The notes: a model not told the origin generated them from the sequence alone. Numbered from the stretch's first letter, positions 8,635-18,572 are shown. The stretch: 64,000 bases of DNA from Longimicrobiales bacterium (GCA_965116905.1 OZ220732.1:2688001-2752000), one strand, 5' to 3'. Made by a program: numbers and translations.

Positions 8635-10098
8635 ATGAGCATCGAACTGCTGTTGGCGCTGTCGCTGGCCGTTCCCGCGGCGGGCACGTTCCTGATCCTG
8701 CTCCTGCGCAGGAACCCCAACGCCCGCGAGGCGGCAAGCCTGGTCACGGCCGGCGCCCTCTTCGCGATCGTGCTGCGCATTTACGGCACCGTGAGTGCCG
8801 GCGAGCGTCCCGAGCTGGTGATTGCCGAGCCGATCCGGGGCATCCCGATCGCGCTCGAAGCCGAGCCGCTCGGCGTGCTCTTCGCGCTGATCGCCTCGTT
8901 CCTGTGGATCGTGACCACGATGTACTCGATCGGGTACATGCGGGGGCACCACGAGAAGAACCAGACCCGCTTCTACGTGTTCTTCGCGTTCGCGATCGCC
9001 TCGGTGATGGGGGTGGCCTTCGCGGGCAACCTGTTCACCCTCTTCGTCTTCTACGAGATCCTGTCGCTCACGACCTTCCCCCTGGTCACGCACGCGGGCA
9101 CCGATGCCGCGAGGCGCGCCGGACGGGTCTACCTGGGCATCCTCTTCGGCACGTCCATCGCGTTCCAGCTTCTGGCCATCGTGTGGACGTACGCGGCCGC
9201 GGGCACCCTCGACTTCCGCGTCGGGGGCATCCTGGACGGGCGGCTGGCCGGCTTTGCGGTGCCCGTACTTCTCGGTCTGTTCGTCTTCGGGATCGGGAAG
9301 GCCGCGGTGATGCCCTTCCACCGCTGGCTCCCGGCCGCCATGGTGGCGCCCACGCCCGTGAGCGCGCTGCTGCACGCGGTCGCGGTGGTCAAGGCGGGGG
9401 TCTTCTCGGTGCTGAAGATCTCGGTCTACGTATTCGGGATCGACTTCCTGGCGGGCGCGGGGGCGTCGGTCTGGTTGATGTGGGCGGCGGCGGCCACGAT
9501 CATCCTCGGATCCCTGGTCGCGTTCACCAAGGACAATCTGAAGGCGCGCCTCGCCTACTCGACGGTGAGCCAGCTGTCGTACGTCGTGCTGGGCGCCATG
9601 CTGGCCAACAGCTGGGGCGTCATCGGCAGCGGCCTGCACATCCTCATGCACGCGTTCGGCAAGATCACCCTGTTCTTCTGCGCGGGCGCGATCATGGTGG
9701 CCGCCCACAAGTCCGAAGTCAGCCAGCTCAAAGGCCTGGGCCGCACGATGCCCGTGACCTTCGGCGCCTTCTTCATCGGGACGCTCTCGATCGTGGGACT
9801 GCCGCCCACCGGAGGGTCCTGGAGCAAGTGGTTCCTGGGCGTGGGCTCGCTGGAGGCGGGCCAGGTCGGCCTGATGGCGGTGCTGATGGTCAGCTCGCTG
9901 CTCTCGCTGGCGTACCTGATGGAGATTCCGCTCAAGGGCTTCTTCCACAAGCCGGACGAGCCGCCTCACCACGAGGGAATCCACGAGGGGCCCAAATGGT
10001 CGCTGGTCGCGATTGTGACGACGGCGGTGGCGTGTCTGGCCCTCTTCCTGTACCCGGAGCCCTTCTACCGGCTCATGACGATGGTGGCGGGACCATGA
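8635..10098 (+). CDS. Mrp antiporter subunit D-like (paralogue 2)
   Basis: NLFTLFVFYE, KAAVMPFHRWLPAAMVAPTPVSALLHA and KARLAYST motifs. Confidence 0.9.
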   Translation: MSIELLLALSLAVPAAGTFLILLLRRNPNAREAASLVTAGALFAIVLRIYGTVSAGERPELVIAEPIRGIPIALEAEPLGVLFALIASFLWIVTTMYSIGYMRGHHEKNQTRFYVFFAFAIASVMGVAFAGNLFTLFVFYEILSLTTFPLVTHAGTDAARRAGRVYLGILFGTSIAFQLLAIVWTYAAAGTLDFRVGGILDGRLAGFAVPVLLGLFVFGIGKAAVMPFHRWLPAAMVAPTPVSALLHAVAVVKAGVFSVLKISVYVFGIDFLAGAGASVWLMWAAAATIILGSLVAFTKDNLKARLAYSTVSQLSYVVLGAMLANSWGVIGSGLHILMHAFGKITLFFCAGAIMVAAHKSEVSQLKGLGRTMPVTFGAFFIGTLSIVGLPPTGGSWSKWFLGVGSLEAGQVGLMAVLMVSSLLSLAYLMEIPLKGFFHKPDEPPHHEGIHEGPKWSLVAIVTTAVACLALFLYPEPFYRLMTMVAGP

Positions 10099-10343
10099 GC
10101 GACCACAAGCCGAACAGTGTGCCTTCGCCGTGGGCGGGGATCATCCTCATCGCGTTCGCGGTCGTGTGCGCGGTGCTCGTGGTGCTCGACTTCGTCGTCG
10201 ACCGCTACGTGGAACACCCGCTGGAGGCCTGGTCGGTCTTCTATCCGCTGTTCGGGTTCGTCGGGATTTCCTTTCTGATCCTGCTGTCGAAGGTGCTGCG
10301 CCGGCTCGTGATGAGGAGGGAGGACTACTACGATGCCGAGTAG
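10095..10343 (+). CDS. small two-TM protein within the Mrp operon
   Basis: 82 aa, overlaps both neighbours, two hydrophobic helices, ends VMRREDYYDAE. Confidence 0.8.
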   Translation: MSDHKPNSVPSPWAGIILIAFAVVCAVLVVLDFVVDRYVEHPLEAWSVFYPLFGFVGISFLILLSKVLRRLVMRREDYYDAE

Positions 10344-12042
10344 CCTCCCCCCGTTCCTGATCTTCTTCATCGGGGCGCTGGTGGTCCCGCTGCTGAGCCG
10401 CGTGCCCCGCGTGCGCATGCTGTGGCTCGTGCTGATCCCCATCGTGGGGGCGCTGAACGCGATGGGGATCCAGGAGGGGTACCAGCTGCAGTACGAGCTG
10501 CTCGGCTACACGCTCACGCTGGTGCGGGCCGACAGGCTCGCGATCATGTTCGGCCACCTGTTCCACCTGGGTGCGTTCATTGCGATCGTCTACTCGCTGC
10601 ACCTGAAGAAGGGCGATCACGCGACCGTGCAGCACACCTCGGCGGTGGTGTACGCGGGGAGCGCGCTCGGCGCGGTGTTCGCGGGCGACTTCATCACGCT
10701 GTTCGTGTTCTGGGAGCTGCTCGCCGTCAGCTCCGTCTTCCTGATCTGGACCCGGAAGTCGCCGCGCGCGGTGTCGTCCGGCATGCGCTACCTGCTGGTC
10801 CACATCGTGTCGGGGGTCACGCTGCTCGCCGGGGCGATGGTGCACGCCCACAACACGGGGAGCCTCGAATTCGGACCCATGGGACTGGAGGGCCTCGCGG
10901 GCTGGCTCGTGCTGCTCGGCTTCGGCATCAAGGCCGCGTTCCCGCTGCTGCACAGCTGGCTGATCGACGCGTATCCGGAGGGCACCCCCACGGGCACCGT
11001 CTTCCTCAGCGCCTTCACCACCAAGGTGGCCGTGTACGCGCTGGCGCGCGGCTACGCGGGGACGGACGCCCTCATCTATATCGGCGCCGTCATGGCGTGC
11101 TTCCCCATCTTCTACGCGGTCATCGAGAACGACCTGCGCCGCACGCTCGGCTACTCGATGATCAACCAGATCGGGTTCATGGTGTGCGGGATCGGGGTCG
11201 GGACGCACCTGGCGATCAACGGCGCGGTGTCTCACGCGTTCAACGACGTGCTCTTCAAGGGGCTCCTCTTCATGTCGATGGGGGCGGTCATGCACATGAC
11301 CGGCAAGACGAAGGCGTCCGATCTCGGGGGGCTCTACAAGACGATGCCGTTCACGGCCACGCTCTGCATCATCGGCGCGCTGTCGATCTCGGCCGTGCCC
11401 CTGTTCAACGCCTTCGTGTCCAAGAGCATGATCATGTCGGCGCTGCTGGAGGAGCACTTCAACTGGATCTGGCCGGTGATGCTCTTCGCGTCCGCCGGGG
11501 TGGTGGAGCACGCGGGCATCAAGATCCCCTTCTTCGCCTTCTTCGCCCACGATTCGGGGATACGCACCCGCGAGCCGCCGTGGAACATGCTGGCGGCGAT
11601 GGGGGTCGGCGCGGCCGCGTGCATCCTGATCGGCTGGCGGCCCGAGCTGCTGTACGGCATCCTGCCCCACGCGGTCGACTACGAGCCGTATACCGCGACG
11701 CACATCCTGACCCAGTTGCAGCTGCTGGCCTTCGCGATCGGTGCGGTCGCGGCCTTCCACCTCTGGAAGATCTACCCTGCGGAGATCCCCTCGGTGAATC
11801 TCGACGCGGACTGGCTGTATCGCCGTGCCGCGGCCCGCGTGGTGCGGTTCACGGGCGGTGCGGTGGGCGCTGCCGACGCGGCGGTCCGGACCGCGGTGGT
11901 CGGCACGGTGCACGGTGTGCTGCGCGGCGCGTTCCGAGCGCACGGACCGCGGGGGATTCTCGCGCGAACCTGGCCCGCCGGGAGCATGGTGCTGTGGGTC
12001 TCGATCATTCTGGCCGCGTTCCTGCTCCTGGAGTTCCTCTGA
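10333..12042 (+). CDS. Mrp antiporter subunit D/A-like (paralogue 3)
   Basis: AGDFITLFVFWE, KAAFPLLHSWLIDAYPE, SAFTTKVAVY and LFKGLLFM motifs. Confidence 0.9.
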   Translation: MPSSLPPFLIFFIGALVVPLLSRVPRVRMLWLVLIPIVGALNAMGIQEGYQLQYELLGYTLTLVRADRLAIMFGHLFHLGAFIAIVYSLHLKKGDHATVQHTSAVVYAGSALGAVFAGDFITLFVFWELLAVSSVFLIWTRKSPRAVSSGMRYLLVHIVSGVTLLAGAMVHAHNTGSLEFGPMGLEGLAGWLVLLGFGIKAAFPLLHSWLIDAYPEGTPTGTVFLSAFTTKVAVYALARGYAGTDALIYIGAVMACFPIFYAVIENDLRRTLGYSMINQIGFMVCGIGVGTHLAINGAVSHAFNDVLFKGLLFMSMGAVMHMTGKTKASDLGGLYKTMPFTATLCIIGALSISAVPLFNAFVSKSMIMSALLEEHFNWIWPVMLFASAGVVEHAGIKIPFFAFFAHDSGIRTREPPWNMLAAMGVGAAACILIGWRPELLYGILPHAVDYEPYTATHILTQLQLLAFAIGAVAAFHLWKIYPAEIPSVNLDADWLYRRAAARVVRFTGGAVGAADAAVRTAVVGTVHGVLRGAFRAHGPRGILARTWPAGSMVLWVSIILAAFLLLEFL

Positions 12043-12086
12043 CCGGGGCTGGGCGCAGGGGTGAGGCGGCCGCGAGGGTGCCCGAG

Positions 12087-12169
12087 GGTGCCCGGTCCCC
12101 GAAGGTCGCCGTGACGGTGCCTGGTCCTCGCAGGTTGCCGTGACGGTGCCTGGCCCCCGCAGGTCGCCG
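12087..12169 (+). repeat. ~3 x 29-bp degenerate tandem repeat spanning the rfaE2 start
   Basis: Units start at 12087, 12116 and 12145 (GGTGCCYGGYCCYCGMAGGTYGCCG). Confidence 0.75.
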
Positions 12170-12649
12170 GCGGCGAAGGTCGTCAGCCGTGCCGAGGCTG
12201 TGCGGCGGGCGGGTCCCGGACGATCATTCCGGCTCGTGTTCACGAACGGCTGCTTCGACCTCCTGCACCGTGGCCACGTCGAGTGCCTGGTCCAGGCGCG
12301 GGCGCTGGGTGACGCGCTGCTGGTGGCCATCAACACGGACGAGTCGGTCAGGAGGCTGGGCAAGGGTCCCGGCCGGCCCCTGGTGGCCGAGGAGGATCGC
12401 GCCATGGTGCTGGCGGCGCTGGAGTGCGTGGATTGGGTCACCTCCTTTCACGAGGACACCCCCGAAGCGCTCGTCGCCGAACTCGAACCCGATGTGCTCG
12501 TCAAGGGGGGCGACTACACCGAGGACGAGGTGGCAGGAGCCGCGGCCGTGAGGGGTAGCGGAGGACAGGTGGTGATCGTGCCGCGTGTGGCGGGCTACTC
12601 GACCAGCGGCCTCGTGGGGCGGCTCCGGCGCCTTCGGAAGCGGCCGTGA
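12140..12649 (+). CDS. rfaE2: D-glycero-beta-D-manno-heptose 1-phosphate adenylyltransferase (HldE domain II)
   Basis: VFTNGCFDLLHRGH, KGPGRP, LVKGGDY and GYSTS motifs. Confidence 0.93.
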   Translation: MTVPGPRRSPAAKVVSRAEAVRRAGPGRSFRLVFTNGCFDLLHRGHVECLVQARALGDALLVAINTDESVRRLGKGPGRPLVAEEDRAMVLAALECVDWVTSFHEDTPEALVAELEPDVLVKGGDYTEDEVAGAAAVRGSGGQVVIVPRVAGYSTSGLVGRLRRLRKRP

Positions 12650-13269
12650 AGCTCCTGCTCGCCACGCGGAGCGTTCACAAGGCCGTGGAGGTGGCCCGCA
12701 TCCTCGAGACCGCACCCGCCAGTACGCATCGCCTCGTCACGCTGGAGGACGAGTCCGTTCCGTGGGCGGCTGCGGAAGAGTCCCTGGAACCCTTCGAGAC
12801 CTTCGAGGAAAACGCCGCATCCAAGGCGCGGTACTTTGCCGACCTCACGGGATTGCCAACGGTGGCGGACGACTCCGGCCTGGAAGTCGCGGCGCTGGAC
12901 GGACGCCCCGGTGTCAGAACCAAGCGCTTCGCGCCGCTCGAACGCTACCCGGGTCTTGAACGCGACGACGCCAACAACAGCCACCTGCTGGAATGCCTTC
13001 GCGGACTGCCGCCGGCGGAGCGCGGGGCGCGGTACGTTTGCGTGGCCTGCTACATCGATCCGCGATCCGGAGTCACGGCCCACTTCCGGGGCGAGGCCCC
13101 CGGACGCATCGTCGCCCGGCCGCGCGGGAAGGGTGGGTTCGGGTACGACCCCCTCTTCCTGGACGTGGAGACCGGTCGCACGTACGCGCAACTCACGTCG
13201 GACGAAAAGCACGGGCGCAGCCATCGGGGGCGAGCGTTCCGTGCGCTGGCGGCGTATCTGCAGTCCTGA
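12646..13269 (+). CDS. rdgB: non-canonical purine NTP pyrophosphatase (RdgB/HAM1)
   Basis: TFEENAASKA, ADDSGL, GFGYDPLF and SHRGRA motifs. Confidence 0.93.
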   Translation: MKLLLATRSVHKAVEVARILETAPASTHRLVTLEDESVPWAAAEESLEPFETFEENAASKARYFADLTGLPTVADDSGLEVAALDGRPGVRTKRFAPLERYPGLERDDANNSHLLECLRGLPPAERGARYVCVACYIDPRSGVTAHFRGEAPGRIVARPRGKGGFGYDPLFLDVETGRTYAQLTSDEKHGRSHRGRAFRALAAYLQS

Positions 13270-13319
13270 CGCGCTCCCGCTCCCTGCGGGGACGGCCAGA
13301 TCGGGCCCTACACGCCCCC

Positions 13320-14756
13320 CTACACGCCGTACCGGGTGTTCCCCGGGCCCCCGCCGTGACCGTACAGGAGCGCGCGGTCCATCGGGTACACGCGCAGCAT
13401 GATCCAGCACACGGCCAGGTGGATCGGCACGGTCAACACGACCAGTTCACGGTTCCCCGTCGTCAGGGCCGGGATCAGGTTCAGCAGCAGCGCAACGCCG
13501 GCCAGCCCGAGCGCTGCAAGCGCAAACCTGCGTCCCCATGCGCTCGCGCGTCCTCGCACGGACACGCGGCCGAGGCCGTAGGCGACCCCGGCTCCCAGCG
13601 GACTGAAGAGCAGGACGTTCTGGTTCCAGTACATGAACTCGTGGTCGGTCCAGTGGACGGCGATCAGGATGGAGCCCGCGACAAGACAGAAGATCCCCCA
13701 CAGTCCGCCGAAGAGGCCAAGTCCCACCCGGGCGGGAAACGACCCATGCGAAGCCGCGCGCCCGACGAGCAGCAGAAGCAGTCCTGCCAACAGGCCGCAT
13801 AGCAGGAACAGAAGGACGACGGATGGCGCGGCGGCGGCCTCGTGACTCCGATCCGACGTCACCAATAACACCTCGACACCCACCAGCCTGACCCGGCTCC
13901 CGTCGCTCCGGTTTACCCAAAGAGCTCCGACGGTGTCCCGGAGCTTCATCGGAATCCACATCTCCTGCCAGCGGTTCGTCGGTTCGTCTCCCCTCGGGCC
14001 CAGGAGGAGGTCGATGCCGACATGCCCCAAGGGGTCGGCCGCCGTCAGCCGGCGAGTCTGCTCCCGCCAGTTCGTGCCCGTGGGCGATCCGTCGGTCGCC
14101 TGCCGTAGCTGGCCGTCCAGCACGGTATCGAGGACATCCCGAAGTTTCGTCGAGCAGTTGTTGAGGTAGTACTCATATCGGTACCGCATGTTTTCCGGGA
14201 GCACCGCGGTCTGCAGCAGCCTGAGCATCTCCGCCTTCTGGCGGGGCTCCAGGTCGAGTTCCTGGGCCCACACCCGCCGATTCTGCGCCCGGTAGGCCGC
14301 GATCAGCAGGTCCGGAGGCACCGCATCGGTTCCGTACATCATTCGACCCTGCAGGAATCGGAAGTAGAACCTCTCCGAGTACCGGTCGAAGAGTCCGTAG
14401 TGGAACGCCTGTGCGTACCCCGTGGCCCGGTCGCTGACCACCAGCGCATTGTGCCCGAACAGCTCCCAGATGGCGTCTCCCGGTTCCATGGTGAGCAGGT
14501 GCACCGACAGAGAGGATCCCGGTATGGCGGCGGCCGCAGCGGTGTCGGCCTCGGTCGGGTCTTGCCGGCCTGCCGCCAGGGAGGGGGGGACGAAGAGTGT
14601 GGCGGACGCCAGGAATATGGCGGATGCAACGAGTTTGGCGGACGCGAAGAGTGTGGCGGTTGCAACGAGTTTGGCGGATGCGCCGAGCGCCGGGGCGACA
14701 GTCGCCGCGAAACGAGGAGATACCGTCCAGCCTGCCCACGTGTGCGTCCTCTTCAC
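13320..14756 (-). CDS. DUF4105 / Lnb N-terminal-domain membrane protein
   Basis: WELFGHNAL and YRYEYYLNNCSTKLRD motifs (His/Cys), C-terminal TM helices, GTG 14756 with upstream GGAGG. 18-bp repeats in the N-terminus encode ASAKLV/ATATLF-type units. Confidence 0.8.
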   Translation of the reverse strand: MKRTHTWAGWTVSPRFAATVAPALGASAKLVATATLFASAKLVASAIFLASATLFVPPSLAAGRQDPTEADTAAAAAIPGSSLSVHLLTMEPGDAIWELFGHNALVVSDRATGYAQAFHYGLFDRYSERFYFRFLQGRMMYGTDAVPPDLLIAAYRAQNRRVWAQELDLEPRQKAEMLRLLQTAVLPENMRYRYEYYLNNCSTKLRDVLDTVLDGQLRQATDGSPTGTNWREQTRRLTAADPLGHVGIDLLLGPRGDEPTNRWQEMWIPMKLRDTVGALWVNRSDGSRVRLVGVEVLLVTSDRSHEAAAAPSVVLLFLLCGLLAGLLLLLVGRAASHGSFPARVGLGLFGGLWGIFCLVAGSILIAVHWTDHEFMYWNQNVLLFSPLGAGVAYGLGRVSVRGRASAWGRRFALAALGLAGVALLLNLIPALTTGNRELVVLTVPIHLAVCWIMLRVYPMDRALLYGHGGGPGNTRYGV

Positions 14757-14795
14757 CTGAGCCCGCTTCCTCCGCTCGTCGCACAAAAGGTGACC

Positions 14796-14825
14796 ATGTT
14801 CCCAAGGGAAATGTTCCCAAGGGAA
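14796..14825. repeat. perfect 15-bp tandem repeat ATGTTCCCAAGGGAA x2 (each unit contains inverted TTCCC-AA-GGGAA)
   Basis: Directly visible, between the divergent Lnb-like gene and tRNA-Pro. Confidence 0.8.
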
Positions 14826-14995
14826 AATCGTTCAGAGGCGGCGAGGGGGTCAAGCGGCGGTTTGCGACGGGGCGCCGACGCGGTCACGGGGTGGAGGATT
14901 CTGCGGGCAGCCGCCTGTCAATGGCCGCCCGGGCCGGGGCTTCATCTACCCCGGACGCGCCCATTACGCCATCTTCCGAAATCGACCGCTGGACG

Positions 14996-15069
14996 CGGGG
15001 CGTGGCGCAGCTCGGTAGCGCGCCTGCTTTGGGAGCAGGAGGTCGCCGGTTCGAATCCGGCCGCCCCGA
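14996..15069 (+). tRNA. tRNA-Pro (TGG)
   Basis: Acceptor CGGGGCG/CGCCCCG, anticodon arm CCTGC-TTTGGGA-GCAGG, T arm GCCGG-TTCGAAT-CCGGC. CCA not encoded. Confidence 0.97.
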
Positions 15070-15089
15070 CTACGGGTACGCCCGGCAGA

Positions 15090-15716
15090 TCAAAGACTAG
15101 CGTCAGCAGCCGCAGGCCCCCCCGCCGCTGTGATCGATCCCGCGAACTCCTCCACCTCACCGGCCGACCGCAGCCGCACGAACCGAATGTGGGCCCAGCG
15201 CGGATCGGACACGTACGCGAGCATGTCGCGCCGCTTCCGCCCGTGCTGGCTAATGATCCAGACGAGCAGTGAGTCGTGCCCTCGCCAGATCATGAAATGG
15301 TGCCAGAACCGCTCGCGGTTGGTCCCCCAGATGAGTTCCCTCGATCGCCAGCGCTTCCACGAGCGGTGGAGGAAGCGCGAGACGACGAGCGGCAGCGGCA
15401 GATCGAGCCAGACGACGGTATCGAGGCGCGGCCAGAAGATCTCCTGAGAGAACTTCGTGTAGGAGCCAGCGACTACCCATCGCTCACCTTGTGTCGCCTC
15501 GCGGATTCGGCGCTCGAACTCCTCGGGATCCGTCGCGTTGAGGCCCACCCATCCCGGTTGCCAATTGATGGCGTCGAGTTCGACGAGGGGCGCATCGAGT
15601 GCACCCGCCAGCAGCGCCGCGAGCGTGCTCTTGCCCGATGAGCTGTTGCCGATGACGTGGATGCGGTTGCCAACCAGGGAGGCGAATCCACGTGCGCTGG
15701 CAACTGTCATCTTCAT
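15090..15716 (-). CDS. P-loop adenylate-kinase-like protein (FlaR / topology-modulation family)
   Basis: RIHVIGNSSSGKST, ELDAINWQPGW and DTVVWLDLP motifs. Start at 15716 or 15710. Confidence 0.8.
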   Translation of the reverse strand: MKMTVASARGFASLVGNRIHVIGNSSSGKSTLAALLAGALDAPLVELDAINWQPGWVGLNATDPEEFERRIREATQGERWVVAGSYTKFSQEIFWPRLDTVVWLDLPLPLVVSRFLHRSWKRWRSRELIWGTNRERFWHHFMIWRGHDSLLVWIISQHGRKRRDMLAYVSDPRWAHIRFVRLRSAGEVEEFAGSITAAGGPAAADASL

Positions 15717-15887
15717 CGCTTTTGCGCGGGCGATTGGGTTGTCGAGTACCCTTCGATTCAAGGGAGATACCGAAAGCAGGTTCCCGTCAAGGAGTAAGCA
15801 ACCGTCGGCGCCGACGGCGCGGCCACCCAGGCTGCAGGCGATACCCATTGCGTGGCGACCTGCGTTCAGCCGCCCAGTTAGATCCCC

Positions 15888-16064
15888 TCAAGCACCGTCG
15901 TGCTGCTTGATCCAGTCCCGCAGGGCGTGGTCGATCCGCGTCTGCCAGCCCCGGCCTCCAGCGCGAAAATGGTCGATGACCTCTTGGGACAACCGAATGG
16001 TGGTCGAAACCTTCGGCCGCGCCTTGGGGGGACGCCCGCGACGGACTCCGCGTCCCTCCAACAC
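15888..16064 (-). pseudogene. brnA antitoxin C-terminal half; open 58-codon frame from GTG 16064
   Basis: 15888-16046 closely matches 18573-18731 and translates VRRGRPPKARPKVSTTIRLSQEVIDHFRAGGRGWQTRIDHALRDWIKQHDGA. Confidence 0.8.
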
Positions 16065-16065
16065 G

Positions 16066-17349
16066 CTACCTACCGGTGGACGACCGTCGCGGTCCAGTAA
16101 CCCGCTGCTCGTCGATCAATTCGTACACCACCGCGGTTACCACATCCATTTCATCCATCTCCGCACCGAGGACCAGTCCACCGGACACATCGAGAATACG
16201 GAACCCGGGCGGAGCCTGTACTAGGCCCAGCCATTTCCCGTCGGGCGCAATAACCATGTAGGGCGGCACGCTATGGAGCTCGCCGCCCGGATTGTAGGAA
16301 GGCAGCCATACCCTGCCCTCGTCGTCGGCGAGCAGGGCACCGAAGAGCGGCATCGGCCGGCCGACACTGGCGTAATAGGCGGCCATATTGCGTCGGTTTC
16401 TCTCTAAGATCTGGGTATCGGAAAGGCTTGGGTTGTGCATGCGAAGCTCCATCCGCTCCTCGGTCTCGATGTGTCCCAGGGCCTCGTCGGTCAGGAGAGC
16501 CGGCTCGGCCTGCCACCTGACGATCTGTGTTACAGTGGCGTCGGGGAGACGCCAGGTGACCTCTGCCCTGTCGGACCTGGTCTGGACGAAAGACCCGTCG
16601 GCGACCGCTACCTCGCCGAGAGCTCTGATTGGGTTCCACCGCAGCCCCGGCGGGATTCGCGGCATGAAATCGAAGGTCGCGACCGTGTCGAAGGCACCGG
16701 TTGCCATCTCGAAGCGGACCATATGCCCGGGGCGCCACTCCTCTTCGAATCGCGGCGGCCCCGACGAAGTGGCCAGCAGCAACGCGCCGGATGAACCGAT
16801 GCCCCTCACGGCGAGGCCGCCAGAGCGCGGGAGGTTGATGGTGCGAGCGACCGTACCGCCGACGAAAAGAGTCACCCGGCCCAGGTTGGTGTCAGCCACC
16901 ATGATACTGTCTCGCCCCAGTGCGAATACTCCGCTGACGTAACGCACGTCTCCTGGTCCGTCGCCCTCTGCGGCGAGCACCTCGTGCGTTAGGCCGTCGG
17001 GGCTGAACGCGATCAGTTCGCCGTTCCACATGTCGTAGACGACCGCGCTGCCATCCGGCAACAGGCGACCGACGCTGGCCCCTTGGAAGGCGTAGTCGCC
17101 CGGGTTGGCGCCGTGTCGGTAGCGGGGTCGGGTGCCGAGCCGGAAGGGGGCGGTCCGGGTTGGGGTGTCGTCGTAGCTGACGATGCGGATGCCGAGGCTG
17201 TCGCCGATGTGGGGTGCGGTGTCGGTGGTGGTGGAGTCGGGGCCGCAGGCGATGAGCAATGCCAGGAGCGCAAGCGGGAGGTGGGGGCGGGGTGGCAGGC
17301 TCACGAAAGAAGCGACAGCGCTGCCGACCGAATCGAATGGCCTTCGCAT
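16066..17349 (-). CDS. secreted lipoprotein, 6-bladed beta-propeller-like
   Basis: Lipobox LLALLIAC; DSLGIRIV, EGDGPGD and DDEGRVW motifs; similar layout to 25015-26262. Confidence 0.7.
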   Translation of the reverse strand: MRRPFDSVGSAVASFVSLPPRPHLPLALLALLIACGPDSTTTDTAPHIGDSLGIRIVSYDDTPTRTAPFRLGTRPRYRHGANPGDYAFQGASVGRLLPDGSAVVYDMWNGELIAFSPDGLTHEVLAAEGDGPGDVRYVSGVFALGRDSIMVADTNLGRVTLFVGGTVARTINLPRSGGLAVRGIGSSGALLLATSSGPPRFEEEWRPGHMVRFEMATGAFDTVATFDFMPRIPPGLRWNPIRALGEVAVADGSFVQTRSDRAEVTWRLPDATVTQIVRWQAEPALLTDEALGHIETEERMELRMHNPSLSDTQILERNRRNMAAYYASVGRPMPLFGALLADDEGRVWLPSYNPGGELHSVPPYMVIAPDGKWLGLVQAPPGFRILDVSGGLVLGAEMDEMDVVTAVVYELIDEQRVTGPRRSSTGR

Positions 17350-17550
17350 TGTGGGTTTCTCCGCCGGTCGAATACCTCGCCAACAGCCAGGCGATGAGAA
17401 CTAGACACTACGTGACGACAACCTGTCGCCCAAAACAAGGCATCCGGTCTTGTTGTGTCTATACCGGTCCCGGTTTTCTGGGATGGAGCGCAGGCGCCCC
17501 CCGCCAACTCGCGGCCCGGGGGGGAGCACACAGGTGCAGTCCATTGCACC

Positions 17551-18567
17551 TCAGCCCCCTCGGCCGTAACGATCGAAGAACGCTTCCGTTCCGGCGGGCA
17601 GGAGTAGGTTGTCCGAAATCGCAGCGATCTCTTCCGCTTCCTTCCACGCCTGCTCCAGGATCCAGAGTTCGCCTTCAAAGGCCCGCCGTTCCTGCTCTTC
17701 GTGGAGGGACATTTCGAGGGCAAGTCGGGTCGGTCCGGGCATGCTGCCGACCACGCCCATGCTGCCCGTCCAGTGCCGGTGCTCCCGGCTCGCCACTTCG
17801 GTGAGGAAGCGATCGGGATGACCGGCCGACTCGATCTCCTGGACAGCCAGCCGAATCGAGCGCCGCGATCCACCCTGTTCGTTCATTCGCGGAACCAGGG
17901 CGGCAGCCACGCGACGGGCGTCCTCTCCCCGGAACCCGGCCCTGCGCCTGCCCTTTTTGACCTCGACCACGAATCCCGATTCATCCTCATCGGGTAGCAG
18001 CCGCATGGAGCGCAGTGCGCGGTACCTGAAGACGGCAACATCTTCGGGGGTGACCGGCCCACCATCGGAGCCTCCGGCACCAAGACGAACCTTGGCCAGA
18101 GGGCGCAAACGGCTCCAGGCGATCCACGCCCAGGTGCCACCGATGAGGAGACCGGTGGGGATGGCAATGGGCGACGTAACCATCGCAAGACTGAATCCGA
18201 ACGCACCTACGCTGCCGAGCGCTGTCATGCGGTACCTTCTCTTGATCTGATCCCCATAGCGCCAGGCTGCGAACTCTCCACGTGGCGGCTTGCCAATGCG
18301 GACCAGGTCGAGACCCCCGCGGTGGCGTGCGATCCCGATATTCTCGGTCGAAGACCGCATCGGCGTTTCCCGGAAGAGGCGCTCACAGTCCTCGACCGCC
18401 TCCCAGCGCTCTTCCAGCGGCGTGAGGTTCCAGCGCTGGCAGCTGCGACAAACCACCCACAGCCGACCCTTCGCGGCATCAAAGGCGAGTCGACGACCGA
18501 TCGCGAAGCTCTCCAGCACCTCGTTCGAGCCGAGCGGCTTCTTGCAGAACATGCAGGTCTTGAACAT
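17551..18567 (-). CDS. hypothetical protein with N-terminal Zn-ribbon (CxxC...CxxC) and central TM segment
   Basis: MFKTCMFC...VVCRSCQRWNL; ATG 18567 lies 5 nt after the brnA stop. Confidence 0.75.
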   Translation of the reverse strand: MFKTCMFCKKPLGSNEVLESFAIGRRLAFDAAKGRLWVVCRSCQRWNLTPLEERWEAVEDCERLFRETPMRSSTENIGIARHRGGLDLVRIGKPPRGEFAAWRYGDQIKRRYRMTALGSVGAFGFSLAMVTSPIAIPTGLLIGGTWAWIAWSRLRPLAKVRLGAGGSDGGPVTPEDVAVFRYRALRSMRLLPDEDESGFVVEVKKGRRRAGFRGEDARRVAAALVPRMNEQGGSRRSIRLAVQEIESAGHPDRFLTEVASREHRHWTGSMGVVGSMPGPTRLALEMSLHEEQERRAFEGELWILEQAWKEAEEIAAISDNLLLPAGTEAFFDRYGRGG

Positions 18568-18572
18568 ACCAC

